From IMG/VR virus record IMGVR_UViG_2721755486_000003: a stretch of 64,000 nt of DNA; one strand, 5' to 3'. Positions 37,769 to 47,621 of the stretch are shown in pieces. Position numbers and translations under genes: made by a program. The notes under the pieces are model-generated. The model made no database searches, had not been told where the DNA came from, and saw nothing but the letters and a program-made list of their open reading frames with translations. Position 1 is the first letter of the stretch; each line of letters starts with the position of its first letter. The stretch comes from a virus (taxonomy: Duplodnaviria; Caudoviricetes).

Positions 37769-38173
37769 CTAGGGGTAGTACCAGATGGAGAAATCCAGCC
37801 GGGAGCCGTACAGGCCGGTGTCTTCCTCGTAGACGCTGACAGGCTGGCCGATTTGGACCGACTGCTGCAGATCCAGCGTCCAGTCCTGCGTGTCGGCAGC
37901 GAAGTTCGCCGACTTGATACCTGTAGACAGCGTCGATGCCACCGCCAGCATCAGTCGAGCGGCCGATAGGCGGGTGTCGGCCCAGACGGCAATTTGCATG
38001 CGAGCGTTCTGCAGGTCTGAGCGCCCCTCCAGCGTGTCGGTGCCAAGACCCCCCACTGCCTGGTAGACGATGTACGGGCGCGCGGCCTTCGCCTTCGCCT
38101 GATCGGGATAGCAGCGATCCGCGACCAGTGAGCGCAGCGCATCGAATACCAGTTCCTCGACTGTCTTAGCCAT
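37769..38173 (-). CDS. Tail terminator (DUF3168-like)
   Basis: PYIVYQ.VGG, QI.VWA.TR, YEEDT.LY. Confidence 0.82.
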   Translation of the reverse strand: MAKTVEELVFDALRSLVADRCYPDQAKAKAARPYIVYQAVGGLGTDTLEGRSDLQNARMQIAVWADTRLSAARLMLAVASTLSTGIKSANFAADTQDWTLDLQQSVQIGQPVSVYEEDTGLYGSRLDFSIWYYP

Positions 38174-38495
38174 TCGATCCCCCCGTCTCGCACACCAGGT
38201 CGATGTACTCGCGCCGAACTTCGTCCGGTAGCACCGCCTTGATCGCGTAGATCTTGGCTCCGTGCAGCACGCGCATGCTTGCATCCACATCGGCGCGGTA
38301 CCGCACCCGAATGCTCGCCCGCACAATGGACGTGGAGGCGTCCGATTTGATCGTCTCCCGGCCGGATTGGTGCAGGATGCTGGCCCAGACCGGCCGCCCG
38401 ACATCGGTCCACACAGGAATCGGGTTCCCTGTTCTGTCCTGTTCTTCGCCGAGGCGCTGGATCGTGACGCGCTTGTTGAGCGGACCTGCCTTCAT
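38166..38495 (-). CDS. Head closure protein
   Basis: MKAG.L.KRVTIQ, IRVRYR..V...MRV. Confidence 0.88.
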   Translation of the reverse strand: MKAGPLNKRVTIQRLGEEQDRTGNPIPVWTDVGRPVWASILHQSGRETIKSDASTSIVRASIRVRYRADVDASMRVLHGAKIYAIKAVLPDEVRREYIDLVCETGGSNG

Positions 38496-38497
38496 CG

Positions 38498-39034
38498 CTA
38501 CCTCCAAATCCGGTATGGGTCCAGCAGCCGGTCTGCAAAGCCATCCGGCAACGCCTCCCGATTGGCGTACATCTCACCGACAGCCAGCAGCATCCATTGT
38601 TTGATGGGACGCGGAACGTCTGCGGCTGTCGCCCACCCCGCCGTATAGCTGATCGTGATGGCGCTTGGCCGCGGTGCGACCGCAGGCCATGCGTTCAGGG
38701 GCACGACGCGGCCGGGCTCGCTGGTTGGATCGACAAAGTACGCTGCGGACGGCAATTGCTGAGATGCGCCGGCGCTGTCGACGTAGGCAATGCTGGCCAC
38801 CGTGACCAGCGGCGGCATCGGCAATTCGATCACTCCCGGGAATGCATCCAGGGTGAGCGTCCAGCCGCCCGACATGAGCGCACGCCGCAGGCGTTCCTCC
38901 GCGGTCGTCCGCGCGGTAACGATCAGATCCCCGATCATGGAATCCTCGTCGCCGGCGTCGACGCGCAGGTGCAGCTTCGCCTCAGCGAGCGACACAGGCT
39001 CGGCAGCTGGCGTGGTTGTGCGGCGCAGGCCCAT
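38498..39034 (-). CDS. Head-tail connector
   Basis: EPVSLAEAKLHLRVD, Y.NRE, LLDPYR. Confidence 0.9.
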   Translation of the reverse strand: MGLRRTTTPAAEPVSLAEAKLHLRVDAGDEDSMIGDLIVTARTTAEERLRRALMSGGWTLTLDAFPGVIELPMPPLVTVASIAYVDSAGASQQLPSAAYFVDPTSEPGRVVPLNAWPAVAPRPSAITISYTAGWATAADVPRPIKQWMLLAVGEMYANREALPDGFADRLLDPYRIWR

Positions 39035-39037
39035 GGC

Positions 39038-39229
39038 TTACTTGGTCTCGGGTGCGCCCTTACGCGCTTTGTTCTCGGCCGGCTTGTCCGCGTCTTCCGC
39101 CCAGCTCTCTTCGGTCGACACGCGGATGAGATCCTCATCCTCAGTCTCGATCTCCTGACCCTTCTTGAACTCCTCGACGATACAGCCGCGGTGGGCCCAC
39201 TTGAAATCCTGCGTTGCAATCAAGCGCAC
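39038..39229 (-). CDS. Small head-region protein
   Basis: GGAG RBS; ENKA...APETK tail. Confidence 0.65.
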   Translation of the reverse strand: MRLIATQDFKWAHRGCIVEEFKKGQEIETEDEDLIRVSTEESWAEDADKPAENKARKGAPETK

Positions 39230-39290
39230 GATGTTTCTCCGAAATGCAAAGCGGCCCCCGTGTGGAGGCCGCTTGCCGGGTTGACGATGA

Positions 39291-40679
39291 TCAGGCGGTG
39301 GCGATCTTCAGCAGCTTGATGGCCTGCGTGTTGCGCAGCTTGCCGCCGACGCGCTTGCGCACGTAGAACTTCACGAAGCCCGGCGTGGTGATCTCATCGC
39401 GGGTGATACGCATGCCCACCTTGTCGCAGATCAGGTAGCCCTCCTTGAAGTCACCGAAGGCGACCGGGAAGGCATTGGCGGCGACGCCGGGCATATCCTC
39501 GGCCTCAGTGATGCCATAGCCCAGGAAGGTGGCCGGCTGGCCCGCGCTCAGCGCCGGCTGCCACAGATACTGGCCGGTGCTGTCCTTGTACTTGCGCATA
39601 GCTGCGAGCACCGCTTTGGCGGTCACCCACCCCGCATTGCTGCGATAGCGGGCGCGGATGCCATACACCATATCCAGGAACGTGTCCGCACTGGTCGGCA
39701 GCGCCGCGGCCTGGCCCGAGGCGAAGTACTGCAGCGTGCCAAAGGCGCGGGTGCCGTCGCCCGTCGCTACCGGCGCCGGCCCGGCCAGGAAGCCGGTCGG
39801 CTTCTTCGTGCCATTGCCGTTGACGAAGGCTGCCCCCTCACCCAGCGCGATCGCTTCGGACGCCGACATCGTCAGCCAGCCTTCCACGTCGAAGAACAGG
39901 TCGTCGAGCGATTCCTCCGACGCCTGCGGCTTGGCGCTGGCCATGCCGAAGGTCGGGACGATTTCCGCCAGATCCGGGGTATTGGTCTGGTTTCGGGTGT
40001 CACCCTCGCCGAGCCACTCGAACCCGGCCCCGTTGACGTCGAACAGCTCGTGGTAGTCGGTCGTGCCCACCGTGCGCACCGTGGCGATCTGGCGGATCGG
40101 CGAGATGTCGACGGACAGGCGAGCGATGGTGCTCTCGATGACCTTGGGCAGCGCATAGCCGCCGGCAGCGTTGTTGCCGACCACCGTCTGAGTGGCGCGA
40201 GCCTCGCGCCCGTCGACGGCCATCTTGGCCTCCAGCGCCTTCTGCGCTTGGGTGGCCTTCTGTTGGCGCTCGTGGTCACCCGGCGCACGCATCCAGTCCA
40301 GGAAGGCGCTACGATACTCCGCCTCCTCATTCGACTCGCCGTCGACCGGGCGGCCACCGGTCAGCGCGCCAGGCCGGGCGAGCTTCGCCTCCAGCTTCTC
40401 CAGGCGGCTCTTCTGCTCGGACAGACCATTCATGTGCTCGTCCATCTTGGCGAGCTTGGCGTCCAGCGCCTCGGTCGACTGGCCCTTCTTGATGGCCTCG
40501 ATGCGCTGGTCGTTGGTCTTCTTGTATTCCTCGAAGGCCGTGTTGATCTTGTCGATCGCCTCGGCAATGCTGCCAAGCGACGGTTCGTCGCGCAGCTCGA
40601 GCGCGGCGACCATGCCGATTGCAGCTGCGGCCATCAGTTTGGCGCGGAAGGCGCCGAAATCGCGGTTCATATGGTTCAT
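39291..40679 (-). CDS. Major capsid protein (HK97 fold)
   Basis: GGYALP, GNG.KKP.GFL, YLWQP, FGDF, KRVGG. Confidence 0.95.
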   Translation of the reverse strand: MNHMNRDFGAFRAKLMAAAAIGMVAALELRDEPSLGSIAEAIDKINTAFEEYKKTNDQRIEAIKKGQSTEALDAKLAKMDEHMNGLSEQKSRLEKLEAKLARPGALTGGRPVDGESNEEAEYRSAFLDWMRAPGDHERQQKATQAQKALEAKMAVDGREARATQTVVGNNAAGGYALPKVIESTIARLSVDISPIRQIATVRTVGTTDYHELFDVNGAGFEWLGEGDTRNQTNTPDLAEIVPTFGMASAKPQASEESLDDLFFDVEGWLTMSASEAIALGEGAAFVNGNGTKKPTGFLAGPAPVATGDGTRAFGTLQYFASGQAAALPTSADTFLDMVYGIRARYRSNAGWVTAKAVLAAMRKYKDSTGQYLWQPALSAGQPATFLGYGITEAEDMPGVAANAFPVAFGDFKEGYLICDKVGMRITRDEITTPGFVKFYVRKRVGGKLRNTQAIKLLKIATA

Positions 40680-40692
40680 GTAGCACCTGTGG

Positions 40693-41388
40693 TCAGGAGT
40701 GGAGGTTGGAGAGCAGCCGTTGAGCCGCCCGCAATGCCTGCGCGGTCGAATCCGCGGAATCCCTCCGCTCTTCTCCCATCCGCATGACGCGCGACACGAA
40801 TGCCGTGGCGTCGGCCTTGCTGAATCCGGCATCGCGCAGGATTCGCTCGGCATCTTTCGGGACGACCAGTTCTTCGCTGGCGCCCTTGATATTGGTAACT
40901 CGGGCCTTTTCGTTGGCCGGGAACGTGACCAGGGAGACTTCCCAGAGGTCCAGCTCGGTCAGGGTGCGAACCTCGGTATCGCGGTCGTAGGCCCATTGCT
41001 TGGACACGAAGCCAATGGACAGGCCGTTGAGCGCACCCAGTTTGAGCAGCGCATAGGCCTCCTTCCCGCGGGTGGTGTCCAGCGCAAGCTGCCCCTTGAT
41101 CCGCAGCCCTTTCGCGTCCTCGACCATCTCGGTCCAGACACCGATCGGCTCGGTGGCATCGTGCTGCCACAGCATGGCCGGCATAGTGCCATCGGACTTG
41201 TGCTGCGCCAGCGTTGCCGCGAAGGCACCCTTGGCGATCACGTCGTCGTAGTTGTCGCGGACGCCGAACACGGAGCCGTAGCCCTCAACGGTCCCGTCGT
41301 CGCCCGTGGCCTTGAGCTGCAGCGCGAAGTTGCGGATCTCCCGGCCACCGACGGCGCTGCGGCGCTCAAGCATTGCCCGTCTGATCAT
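40693..41388 (-). CDS. HK97-family prohead protease
   Basis: GYGSVF, MLWQHD, GLSIGF, EVSLVTFPAN. Confidence 0.95.
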   Translation of the reverse strand: MIRRAMLERRSAVGGREIRNFALQLKATGDDGTVEGYGSVFGVRDNYDDVIAKGAFAATLAQHKSDGTMPAMLWQHDATEPIGVWTEMVEDAKGLRIKGQLALDTTRGKEAYALLKLGALNGLSIGFVSKQWAYDRDTEVRTLTELDLWEVSLVTFPANEKARVTNIKGASEELVVPKDAERILRDAGFSKADATAFVSRVMRMGEERRDSADSTAQALRAAQRLLSNLHS

Positions 41389-42577
41389 TGCTGTTTCCTT
41401 GTTTGGTGGTCGTGTTGAGCGGCGTCAGCGGCTCATCCAGGCCAGGCAGCGGCTCTTTGCCGTCCTCGTCCCGGATCTCGTTCCGGGTATAGATGCCCAT
41501 CTCGGCCATCGTGCGCGCCCAGACCGCGCGATCCTTCATCGAACCGGCCAGGAGGTAGCGCACGTCGAACTCCGCATAGAGCGGGCCGGCGCCGTCGAGC
41601 AGCATCTCGTCCATCCGCTGTGTCCAGGCGCGATGCCAGGGCGCCAGTGTGTGCTTGACGTGCCCCGCGAAGAAGGCCTCCGAACTGGCGAAGGTGGCCG
41701 TCTTGTCCGAGTGGCCGACCATGATCGGGAAGACCCCGTAGGCCCGGCAGATCTCCTCGACCTGGAGGCGGCGCGTCTCGACGCTCTGGGCGTCCACGCC
41801 GGACAAGGCCGTGCTCATCCACTTGGCGTCACGGTCCAGCACCAGCGGGTTCCCCGCGTTCTCCGGGCCGCCCTGGCGCTTGATCCAGTCCGTCAGGCGA
41901 TCATGCTGCTCAGGAGTCAGCGTGCCCGTGACCGTGTAGGTGCCACTCGGCCGCAACCCGTTGCCATGCATCGCCGCCTGACTCCTCTCCGTCGCCATCG
42001 CCAGCCCGATGGCGGAGCGTGCCAGCGTGACCGCGTTCATGCTCTTGACCCAGTCCCACTGCAGACCATTCAGCACGAAGACATCCTCTGGCTCGAATTC
42101 GCCGATCAGCCCGAATTCGTCCCAGCAACGGTACCGAACCTCATAGCGCGAAATGCGGCGCACATCCCACTGGCCGGGCTGCACAGGGATCAGCTCGCGC
42201 ACGCGCCGATTGTCGCCACGCACCTTGATCGACAGGCCCGCGCCGGTCAGCGCAGCATGCACCGTCATCTGGCGTCGCCATTCAAACGACGTCTGCCATT
42301 CATTCGGTCGCCGTGCCAGCAGGCGATACTCCGGGATGTTGATCGCCTTCTCACGCTGGCCGTCCGCCTTTTCGCGGTAGACGGTCAGGTTCGGCGTCGC
42401 GCAACCGTCCGCGATGGCTTTGACGCACGCCAGGACCGTGGCGACCTGCAGCGCCGTCTTGTCCGTGACGACCACGCCGGCAATCCGCCCACCGCTCACG
42501 CCGTCGATCATCCCGGCGATCTGGTCGTAGGTCAGCGCGGCAGCGCGCCGCTCCAGCCCCCTGCTCAGGACACCCAT
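41366..42577 (-). CDS. Portal protein (HK97 family)
   Basis: RPNEWQT, EICR.YGV.P.MVG, T.NEIR. Confidence 0.93.
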   Translation of the reverse strand: MGVLSRGLERRAAALTYDQIAGMIDGVSGGRIAGVVVTDKTALQVATVLACVKAIADGCATPNLTVYREKADGQREKAINIPEYRLLARRPNEWQTSFEWRRQMTVHAALTGAGLSIKVRGDNRRVRELIPVQPGQWDVRRISRYEVRYRCWDEFGLIGEFEPEDVFVLNGLQWDWVKSMNAVTLARSAIGLAMATERSQAAMHGNGLRPSGTYTVTGTLTPEQHDRLTDWIKRQGGPENAGNPLVLDRDAKWMSTALSGVDAQSVETRRLQVEEICRAYGVFPIMVGHSDKTATFASSEAFFAGHVKHTLAPWHRAWTQRMDEMLLDGAGPLYAEFDVRYLLAGSMKDRAVWARTMAEMGIYTRNEIRDEDGKEPLPGLDEPLTPLNTTTKQGNSNDQTGNA

Positions 42578-42768
42578 TAGCGCGCCCCTCGCGCTGCCAG
42601 CACGCCAGCGGCAATCGCAAGAGATCCGCCCGTGATAAAGCCGGCGGGCAGATACACCAAGCCGGCACCGAAGGCGACCGCAGCTGCGCCGCCGGCCATC
42701 AGCGCGTCAGGCAACCAGGCCGAGGCGATCTCGCCAGCCTTCAGCAGGATCTCGTTCAGTCGTTTCAT
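42577..42768 (-). CDS. Small membrane protein
   Basis: Two hydrophobic segments; between terL and portal. Confidence 0.65.
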   Translation of the reverse strand: MKRLNEILLKAGEIASAWLPDALMAGGAAAVAFGAGLVYLPAGFITGGSLAIAAGVLAARGAR

Positions 42769-44426
42769 TGCGGTTCATCCCAGAAGGATCGCCCCTTCGG
42801 GCCAGGGTTCAGGCTCATCAGGTGAGCCGCATCGAACAGCGCCATCAGCGGGTCAATCTTTGCTGTGCCACTGGCCTGCTTCGTGATCAGGATGCCGTTC
42901 GCCCGCTGCTCGACCCGGGCATTGCTCACGCTCCAGGCCATCATCGGCTGGCTACCGTGCTCGAAGGTGCCGTCGGCCAACTTGCGCTCCACCGTCTTGA
43001 TCGTGCCGCCCAGCTTCCAGCCCTGTGAGATGCCGACCAGCAGTTCCGCAGGAACGCCGGCAGTGACCAGGTCATCGTCGAAATTGACCCCACTCGGGTC
43101 CATTCCGACCTTGTCCAGTAGCTCGGTGGCATAGATCTGGGCCACGATGGCTACCAGTTGCTCGATGTCCTCGCCAATCTCCTGGACGATGACCAGGTCT
43201 CCGGCCCGCTCGAAGTCCAGGAACCGCGGCGCCTCGGACTGCCGGCGCTCGAGAACAGACGGATGGGCCCATGCCCGTCCCCAATGCAGCCACCGGCTGG
43301 TCCCGGCCTCGCGCCCGATGATGCCCAGCCCGAGCAAATCGTCTAGGCCGCCGCCATCAATCCCGACATCCACCACTTCGCTGCGCGCCAGCAGGCCTTC
43401 CAGCGAAAGCGCGGAGTTTCCGCGCGACAGCCAGAAGTTGGCGCCGGCCCAGCGGTCGGACCGGAGGTTCAGCCCAATCTCGACATTCAGGTGCTTCGCC
43501 AGGAACTGCTGGAAGGTGCCATCCGTCTTGGCGCGGTTCTTCCGTAGCTGGTCCTCCAGCCACTCGGCACTGACCGATCGCCCGATGTTCGGGTTCGTGA
43601 TGTAGAAGTTCGCCGGATCGAGGTAGGCCTTCGACTCGATCATGGCCGCGGGGAACTCGTACAGCACCCCAAGCGACTTCCGGTCGTCTATCTTCCCGTC
43701 GCGCACGTCGCGGTAGTAGGCGAGTTTCTCCTTGAACACGCCTGCTGGCGGCTCGTCGCTCTGCGTGGTGAGGTAGATCACCCACCCCTCTTCGCGCGAC
43801 ACCTGGCCGCCGGTGGCTTCCATGAACATGGATTCGGCGTCTTTGCGGGAGCCGAACAGCCAGTGTTCGTCGACCAGGATGCGCCCCGACTTCTTGCCCG
43901 AAACCGTATCCGTGTCGGCGGCCACCACCTTGAGGGTGGCGCGGCTCACACGGTGTGTGATCGTGCGGATATGGTCCTGGATGTGGAACAGCGCGGCCAG
44001 CTCATCGTCGGCCCGGATCATGCCAGCGGCCGGCTTGAAGCTGTTGTCGGCCACCTCCTTGGTCGGCGCCAGGATCAGGTGCTCTTCTTCCTCTCGCCAA
44101 CACAGAATGACGGCGGTCAGCATGATGCCGGCCGCGATCGTTGACTTGGTGTTCTTCTTGCTGATCAGCAGGAAGAACTCCCGTATGAGCTGCTTGCCGG
44201 TCTCCGCGTCATAGCCGCCGAAGATGGCGGCTACGAAGTCGAATACCCATTGTTCGCTGCACTCGCCGAACGTCGGCTTGCCGGGCAGGTCGACGACGCG
44301 CAGCTCCTTGAAGATCGCCAGGGCCTGTTCGGCCTGGTCGGGAAAGATCGGCGGCGGGATGATCGACTCCCCCCGGATCAGGCGTTCCTCCCAATCCGGG
44401 CAAGCTGTCGTCCACTCCATGGTCAC
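42765..44426 (-). CDS. terL: Terminase large subunit
   Basis: ISKKNTKST Walker A, ILVDE Walker B, GIDGGGLDD, KIDP. Confidence 0.93.
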   Translation of the reverse strand: MTMEWTTACPDWEERLIRGESIIPPPIFPDQAEQALAIFKELRVVDLPGKPTFGECSEQWVFDFVAAIFGGYDAETGKQLIREFFLLISKKNTKSTIAAGIMLTAVILCWREEEEHLILAPTKEVADNSFKPAAGMIRADDELAALFHIQDHIRTITHRVSRATLKVVAADTDTVSGKKSGRILVDEHWLFGSRKDAESMFMEATGGQVSREEGWVIYLTTQSDEPPAGVFKEKLAYYRDVRDGKIDDRKSLGVLYEFPAAMIESKAYLDPANFYITNPNIGRSVSAEWLEDQLRKNRAKTDGTFQQFLAKHLNVEIGLNLRSDRWAGANFWLSRGNSALSLEGLLARSEVVDVGIDGGGLDDLLGLGIIGREAGTSRWLHWGRAWAHPSVLERRQSEAPRFLDFERAGDLVIVQEIGEDIEQLVAIVAQIYATELLDKVGMDPSGVNFDDDLVTAGVPAELLVGISQGWKLGGTIKTVERKLADGTFEHGSQPMMAWSVSNARVEQRANGILITKQASGTAKIDPLMALFDAAHLMSLNPGPKGRSFWDEPQ

Positions 44427-44890
44427 ACCTTCCTGCCGCCATTTGCCACGAGCTTGGGCGGCGCGGCCTGCCCGAACCGACTGGCAACCTTCTTGGCCTC
44501 CTCGTCCTTCTGCTCCTTCTTCCCACCCTCGCCCAGCTTCTTGTGCATGAAGGGCATCAGCGCCTTGGCTGCGTCGATACGCTGCCTGGGGTCTAGCTCC
44601 AGGTCGTTCATCGCGGCGATCAGGAACGCCTTGGGGTCCTTATGCGCGAGCGCCGCACCCAGGTCGAACGCCGGCGCCGGCTTCGGCGGCGGCTCGACCG
44701 GGGCCGCCACCTTCTTGCCACCCTTGTGGCGACTGGCGATGTAGGCCGCCACCTCCGGGTCTTTAACAAGGCGCGACCCCGCTGCCGAGGCCGTCTTGAC
44801 GCTGTAGCCCGCCGCGATTGCCGCGTCCTTATTGGATTTCCCGGCGATAACGGCATCGGCGAACACCCGCCTCTTGCCTGTTAAAGCCAT
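44423..44890 (-). CDS. terS: Terminase small subunit
   Basis: AAIAAGYS.KTA...GSRL HTH. Confidence 0.88.
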   Translation of the reverse strand: MALTGKRRVFADAVIAGKSNKDAAIAAGYSVKTASAAGSRLVKDPEVAAYIASRHKGGKKVAAPVEPPPKPAPAFDLGAALAHKDPKAFLIAAMNDLELDPRQRIDAAKALMPFMHKKLGEGGKKEQKDEEAKKVASRFGQAAPPKLVANGGRKV

Positions 44891-44989
44891 TAACAAATCT
44901 CCTGAAGGGGGAAATTTTCTGTGCGTGAGGGAACGTGCGGTTTCCGGCCGGAAAGGCCCCAGAGATTGAAGCCCCCCCCACCCCGGCGC
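44891..44989. other. Probable cos (packaging) region
   Basis: Non-coding gap with G/C runs between HNH-side ORF and terS; positional inference only. Confidence 0.4.
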
Positions 44990-45202
44990 CTAGAAGTGCG
45001 CGATTCGGCGCACCCAGGCCCACAGACCGCGCGGGTCGCGTCGCACGAGCCGAACGCGCACCCCTTTCTGCAGCACCGCGTCCACTTTTGCGCCGTCAGG
45101 CTCAAGCCCGTGCCAATAGGCAAAGGCGTAGACGCAGCGCGCGTACAACAGCGCCCACCACGCAATGCGAACGCTCACCATGACCACCGGGCCGGGGCTC
45201 AT
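44990..45202 (-). CDS. Hypothetical protein
   Basis: ATGA-coupled to HNH gene. Confidence 0.5.
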   Translation of the reverse strand: MSPGPVVMVSVRIAWWALLYARCVYAFAYWHGLEPDGAKVDAVLQKGVRVRLVRRDPRGLWAWVRRIAHF

Positions 45203-45534
45203 GCCCGCCTCCGCCGTGTCTGACCAAAGTCCGTCGCCGTCTTCTTGGCGTGGCAGCCATCCGGCCCGGCGCACAGCACCTGGCAGTTCTCGTCGGTGTC
45301 GGCACCACCCTGCGACAGCGGCACGCGGTGGTCCAGCTCGAACCCTGCGGGGAATGCCGTCACCTGGCCACAGCCGGCGCAAGTCGGATCGTTCGTCCAG
45401 ATCCGCAGCCGCCGTGCCTGTAGCTTCCGGCCGGCCATGCGTTGCTCGCTCTGGGTTGGCGCCATCGCCTTGTGCGGACGCGCTGCCATTGGAAGCCTCG
45501 CACCCAGCATGGGGATACGCGTCTTCTGCTTCAT
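45199..45534 (-). CDS. HNH endonuclease (HK97 gp74-like)
   Basis: CAGC, ELDHRVPL..GG, N.QVLC, CH..KT. Confidence 0.9.
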   Translation of the reverse strand: MKQKTRIPMLGARLPMAARPHKAMAPTQSEQRMAGRKLQARRLRIWTNDPTCAGCGQVTAFPAGFELDHRVPLSQGGADTDENCQVLCAGPDGCHAKKTATDFGQTRRRRA

Positions 45535-45628
45535 GGTGCGGTGGTCCTGGTGTAGAAAGCGCCTGCCGAGTGGCAGGCAAACCCAGCGGGATGCCAGGAG
45601 GAGACAACTGGAATGGGGCGCCGGAATG

Positions 45629-45715
45629 CAAAAAAACCCGCGAGGTTTTCACCTGGCGGGCTTGGACGCAATTCTTCCGTGTATCGAATTGACGCCTATA
45701 TTACTCACCTTTTGA
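45629..45715 (-). promoter_or_regulatory. Late promoter region with tR'-like terminator
   Basis: TAATAT after Q-like gene; CCCGCCAGGTG/CCTCGCGGG hairpin + T7. Confidence 0.55.
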
Positions 45716-45729
45716 GCAGTCGCCTAGCA

Positions 45730-46341
45730 CTATGCTGCAGCGGCCTCGAGGAAGCCGGCACCTCGCAGCGCATCATCGGCAAGGTATAGGGCGAGATCCT
45801 CTTGCCCCTTGATTCCGTTGATGCCCTTGGTACCACGTAGGTACTGGCGCAGCTTCGCATCGTGGCTGGTGGCTGTGCGCCGGCTCACGCCGCACTTGTC
45901 GGCCAGCGCTTCCATTGTCACCTTTCGCCCGAACGCATCCTTGTCGGCGCCGAAGTAGCGCTCGATGAGAAAGCGGCGAAGCTGGCGATGGGAGACGCAA
46001 CCGGCCAGCACGGATACCAGCTCCTCCGTCAGGTAGACGATTGCCAGCTCCCATTCCTGATTGCGTCGACGGCCGCTGCAGCATGAACTGCGGCAGTCGC
46101 AGGGCAACCACGCGGGCGAGAAGCGCGCCACTAGGATGGCGACATGCAGGCCCGAAAGCGCATTGTCCAGGCGCTCGCGCAGCATTCCGGCCTGGCCGGC
46201 GCCATCATTCCCCACCAAGCCCTTTCCGCTGCCGACATGCCCCCGCATCAGCTTCGCCATCGGCGTCAGCGCGTACTGCTGGGTCGAGTACGAGAACGCG
46301 AAGCGAAGCGCGCTACGGCTGTCCGTGAATAGCTGTTCCAA
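45730..46341 (-). CDS. Late antiterminator Q-like protein
   Basis: Last early gene; CDC...CCSG zinc motif; C-terminal HTH; TTG start. Confidence 0.65.
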   Translation of the reverse strand: MEQLFTDSRSALRFAFSYSTQQYALTPMAKLMRGHVGSGKGLVGNDGAGQAGMLRERLDNALSGLHVAILVARFSPAWLPCDCRSSCCSGRRRNQEWELAIVYLTEELVSVLAGCVSHRQLRRFLIERYFGADKDAFGRKVTMEALADKCGVSRRTATSHDAKLRQYLRGTKGINGIKGQEDLALYLADDALRGAGFLEAAAA

Positions 46342-46355
46342 CTGATTCCCCTTTG

Positions 46356-46616
46356 CTATTGCTGCGCCCGTACGCCTTGGAGCCACCGCATATACGGCAG
46401 GCGCACGCTCACATGAAATTTCGCCTCGGCGGCCGGCAGGTGATCCAGATCCGCCCGAGACGCCACGCCGCAGACTGCCCGCACAAACCCGGCGGCCTCG
46501 TCTGCATTGCGGCACGGCTCCCCGGAGCGTGCTGCGACGAACCGCCAGAATTCAGCGCTCGCGCACCACATCCCTGCCAGCTTCGCCAGCGCGCCACCCT
46601 TCCCTGGCGCCGTCAT
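46356..46616 (-). CDS. Conserved phage hypothetical protein
   Basis: CGV.SRADLD motif. Confidence 0.7.
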   Translation of the reverse strand: MTAPGKGGALAKLAGMWCASAEFWRFVAARSGEPCRNADEAAGFVRAVCGVASRADLDHLPAAEAKFHVSVRLPYMRWLQGVRAQQ

Positions 46617-47188
46617 ACCGCCTTACCCATGCCGAACATCGCCCGTACCACCTCATGCTGCGGGGTCACGATCCCATCGCGCATGCGCCGGCGGATCACA
46701 GTCCGCTCGATGATTGCCTTGTAGCGCAAGGGATCCTCTTCCTTCATCCGGCGCATGCGATCGCGCTGGCGTGCCGCGTTGGAGATGGGAGCCGGGCGCG
46801 GCACGTCCTTGCCAGGGAACGGCAGCCAAAGGGGCGCCGGCCAGCCGCTGGTATGGCGTTGCCAGCCCGCGTGGTGCGCCTGCCCGGCCGCCCGGCGGTC
46901 GCGCATCATCTTGTCAATCCGCGTGCGTGAGGCCCCGGTCAGCTGCGCCAGCTCGTGCACGCTGCGGGGCCGGCGGTCGGCGCAGAGTTTCACCACGTAG
47001 GACCAGACCGCCGACCGGTTCCCCGTGAATGCCTTCGGGCCCAGGCCCATCTTCTGCGCCTTGTCTTGGATCGCATGCGCCGAGCGGCCGAGGCGGGCGC
47101 CAATCTCCCGCAGGGATAGGTCTCCCCGATCATGAAGTGTGCGAAGCAGATCCATCTCTTCTTCAGTCCAGTGTTTCGCCATCCTCAT
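46613..47188 (-). CDS. HTH DNA-binding protein
   Basis: WTEEE..LL...EIGARLGRS. Confidence 0.7.
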   Translation of the reverse strand: MRMAKHWTEEEMDLLRTLHDRGDLSLREIGARLGRSAHAIQDKAQKMGLGPKAFTGNRSAVWSYVVKLCADRRPRSVHELAQLTGASRTRIDKMMRDRRAAGQAHHAGWQRHTSGWPAPLWLPFPGKDVPRPAPISNAARQRDRMRRMKEEDPLRYKAIIERTVIRRRMRDGIVTPQHEVVRAMFGMGKAV

Positions 47189-47538
47189 TCCCCTTTCACC
47201 AGCGCCACCGCCTTGACGATCGCCAGCCGCGCCGCCGCAGCTGCCTCGCTCCAATGCCCGACAGGAAGCGGCTCCCGCATCTGGGGTGCAATCGGCGTCT
47301 TCGCCGTCGCGTGCCTGTCCGTCCCGACATCTACAGACATGCACATCCGCACCTGAAGCGCGAAAGCCTCGGCGTTGCTGTCCAGCGGCGCGAAGTACCG
47401 CCACGGGCCACCGGGCTCGCGCACGTGCACCACCACCAGGTCACGCGCCCGGAAGCGGCGCACCTCGTAGCCGGCCGCCGCCGCAGCGCGCTCGGTCAGC
47501 TGCAGCTCGCTCTCGGCCAGGAAGCGGGGCCCAGTCAC
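47185..47538 (-). CDS. Hypothetical phage protein
   Basis: PLDSNAEAFAL, RLAIV.A motifs. Confidence 0.6.
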   Translation of the reverse strand: MTGPRFLAESELQLTERAAAAAGYEVRRFRARDLVVVHVREPGGPWRYFAPLDSNAEAFALQVRMCMSVDVGTDRHATAKTPIAPQMREPLPVGHWSEAAAAARLAIVKAVALVKGE

Positions 47539-47612
47539 CGGAGCCCCCACACCGCGGCGCCGAGCATCACTGCCATGGTTGCCGCCACCCACAGGTTCAT
47601 CAGGTCGTCCAT
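47535..47612 (-). CDS. 25-aa membrane peptide
   Basis: MDDLMNLWVAATMAVMLGAAVWGLR; GGAGG RBS. Confidence 0.55.
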   Translation of the reverse strand: MDDLMNLWVAATMAVMLGAAVWGLR

Positions 47613-47621
47613 CTGCCTCCC

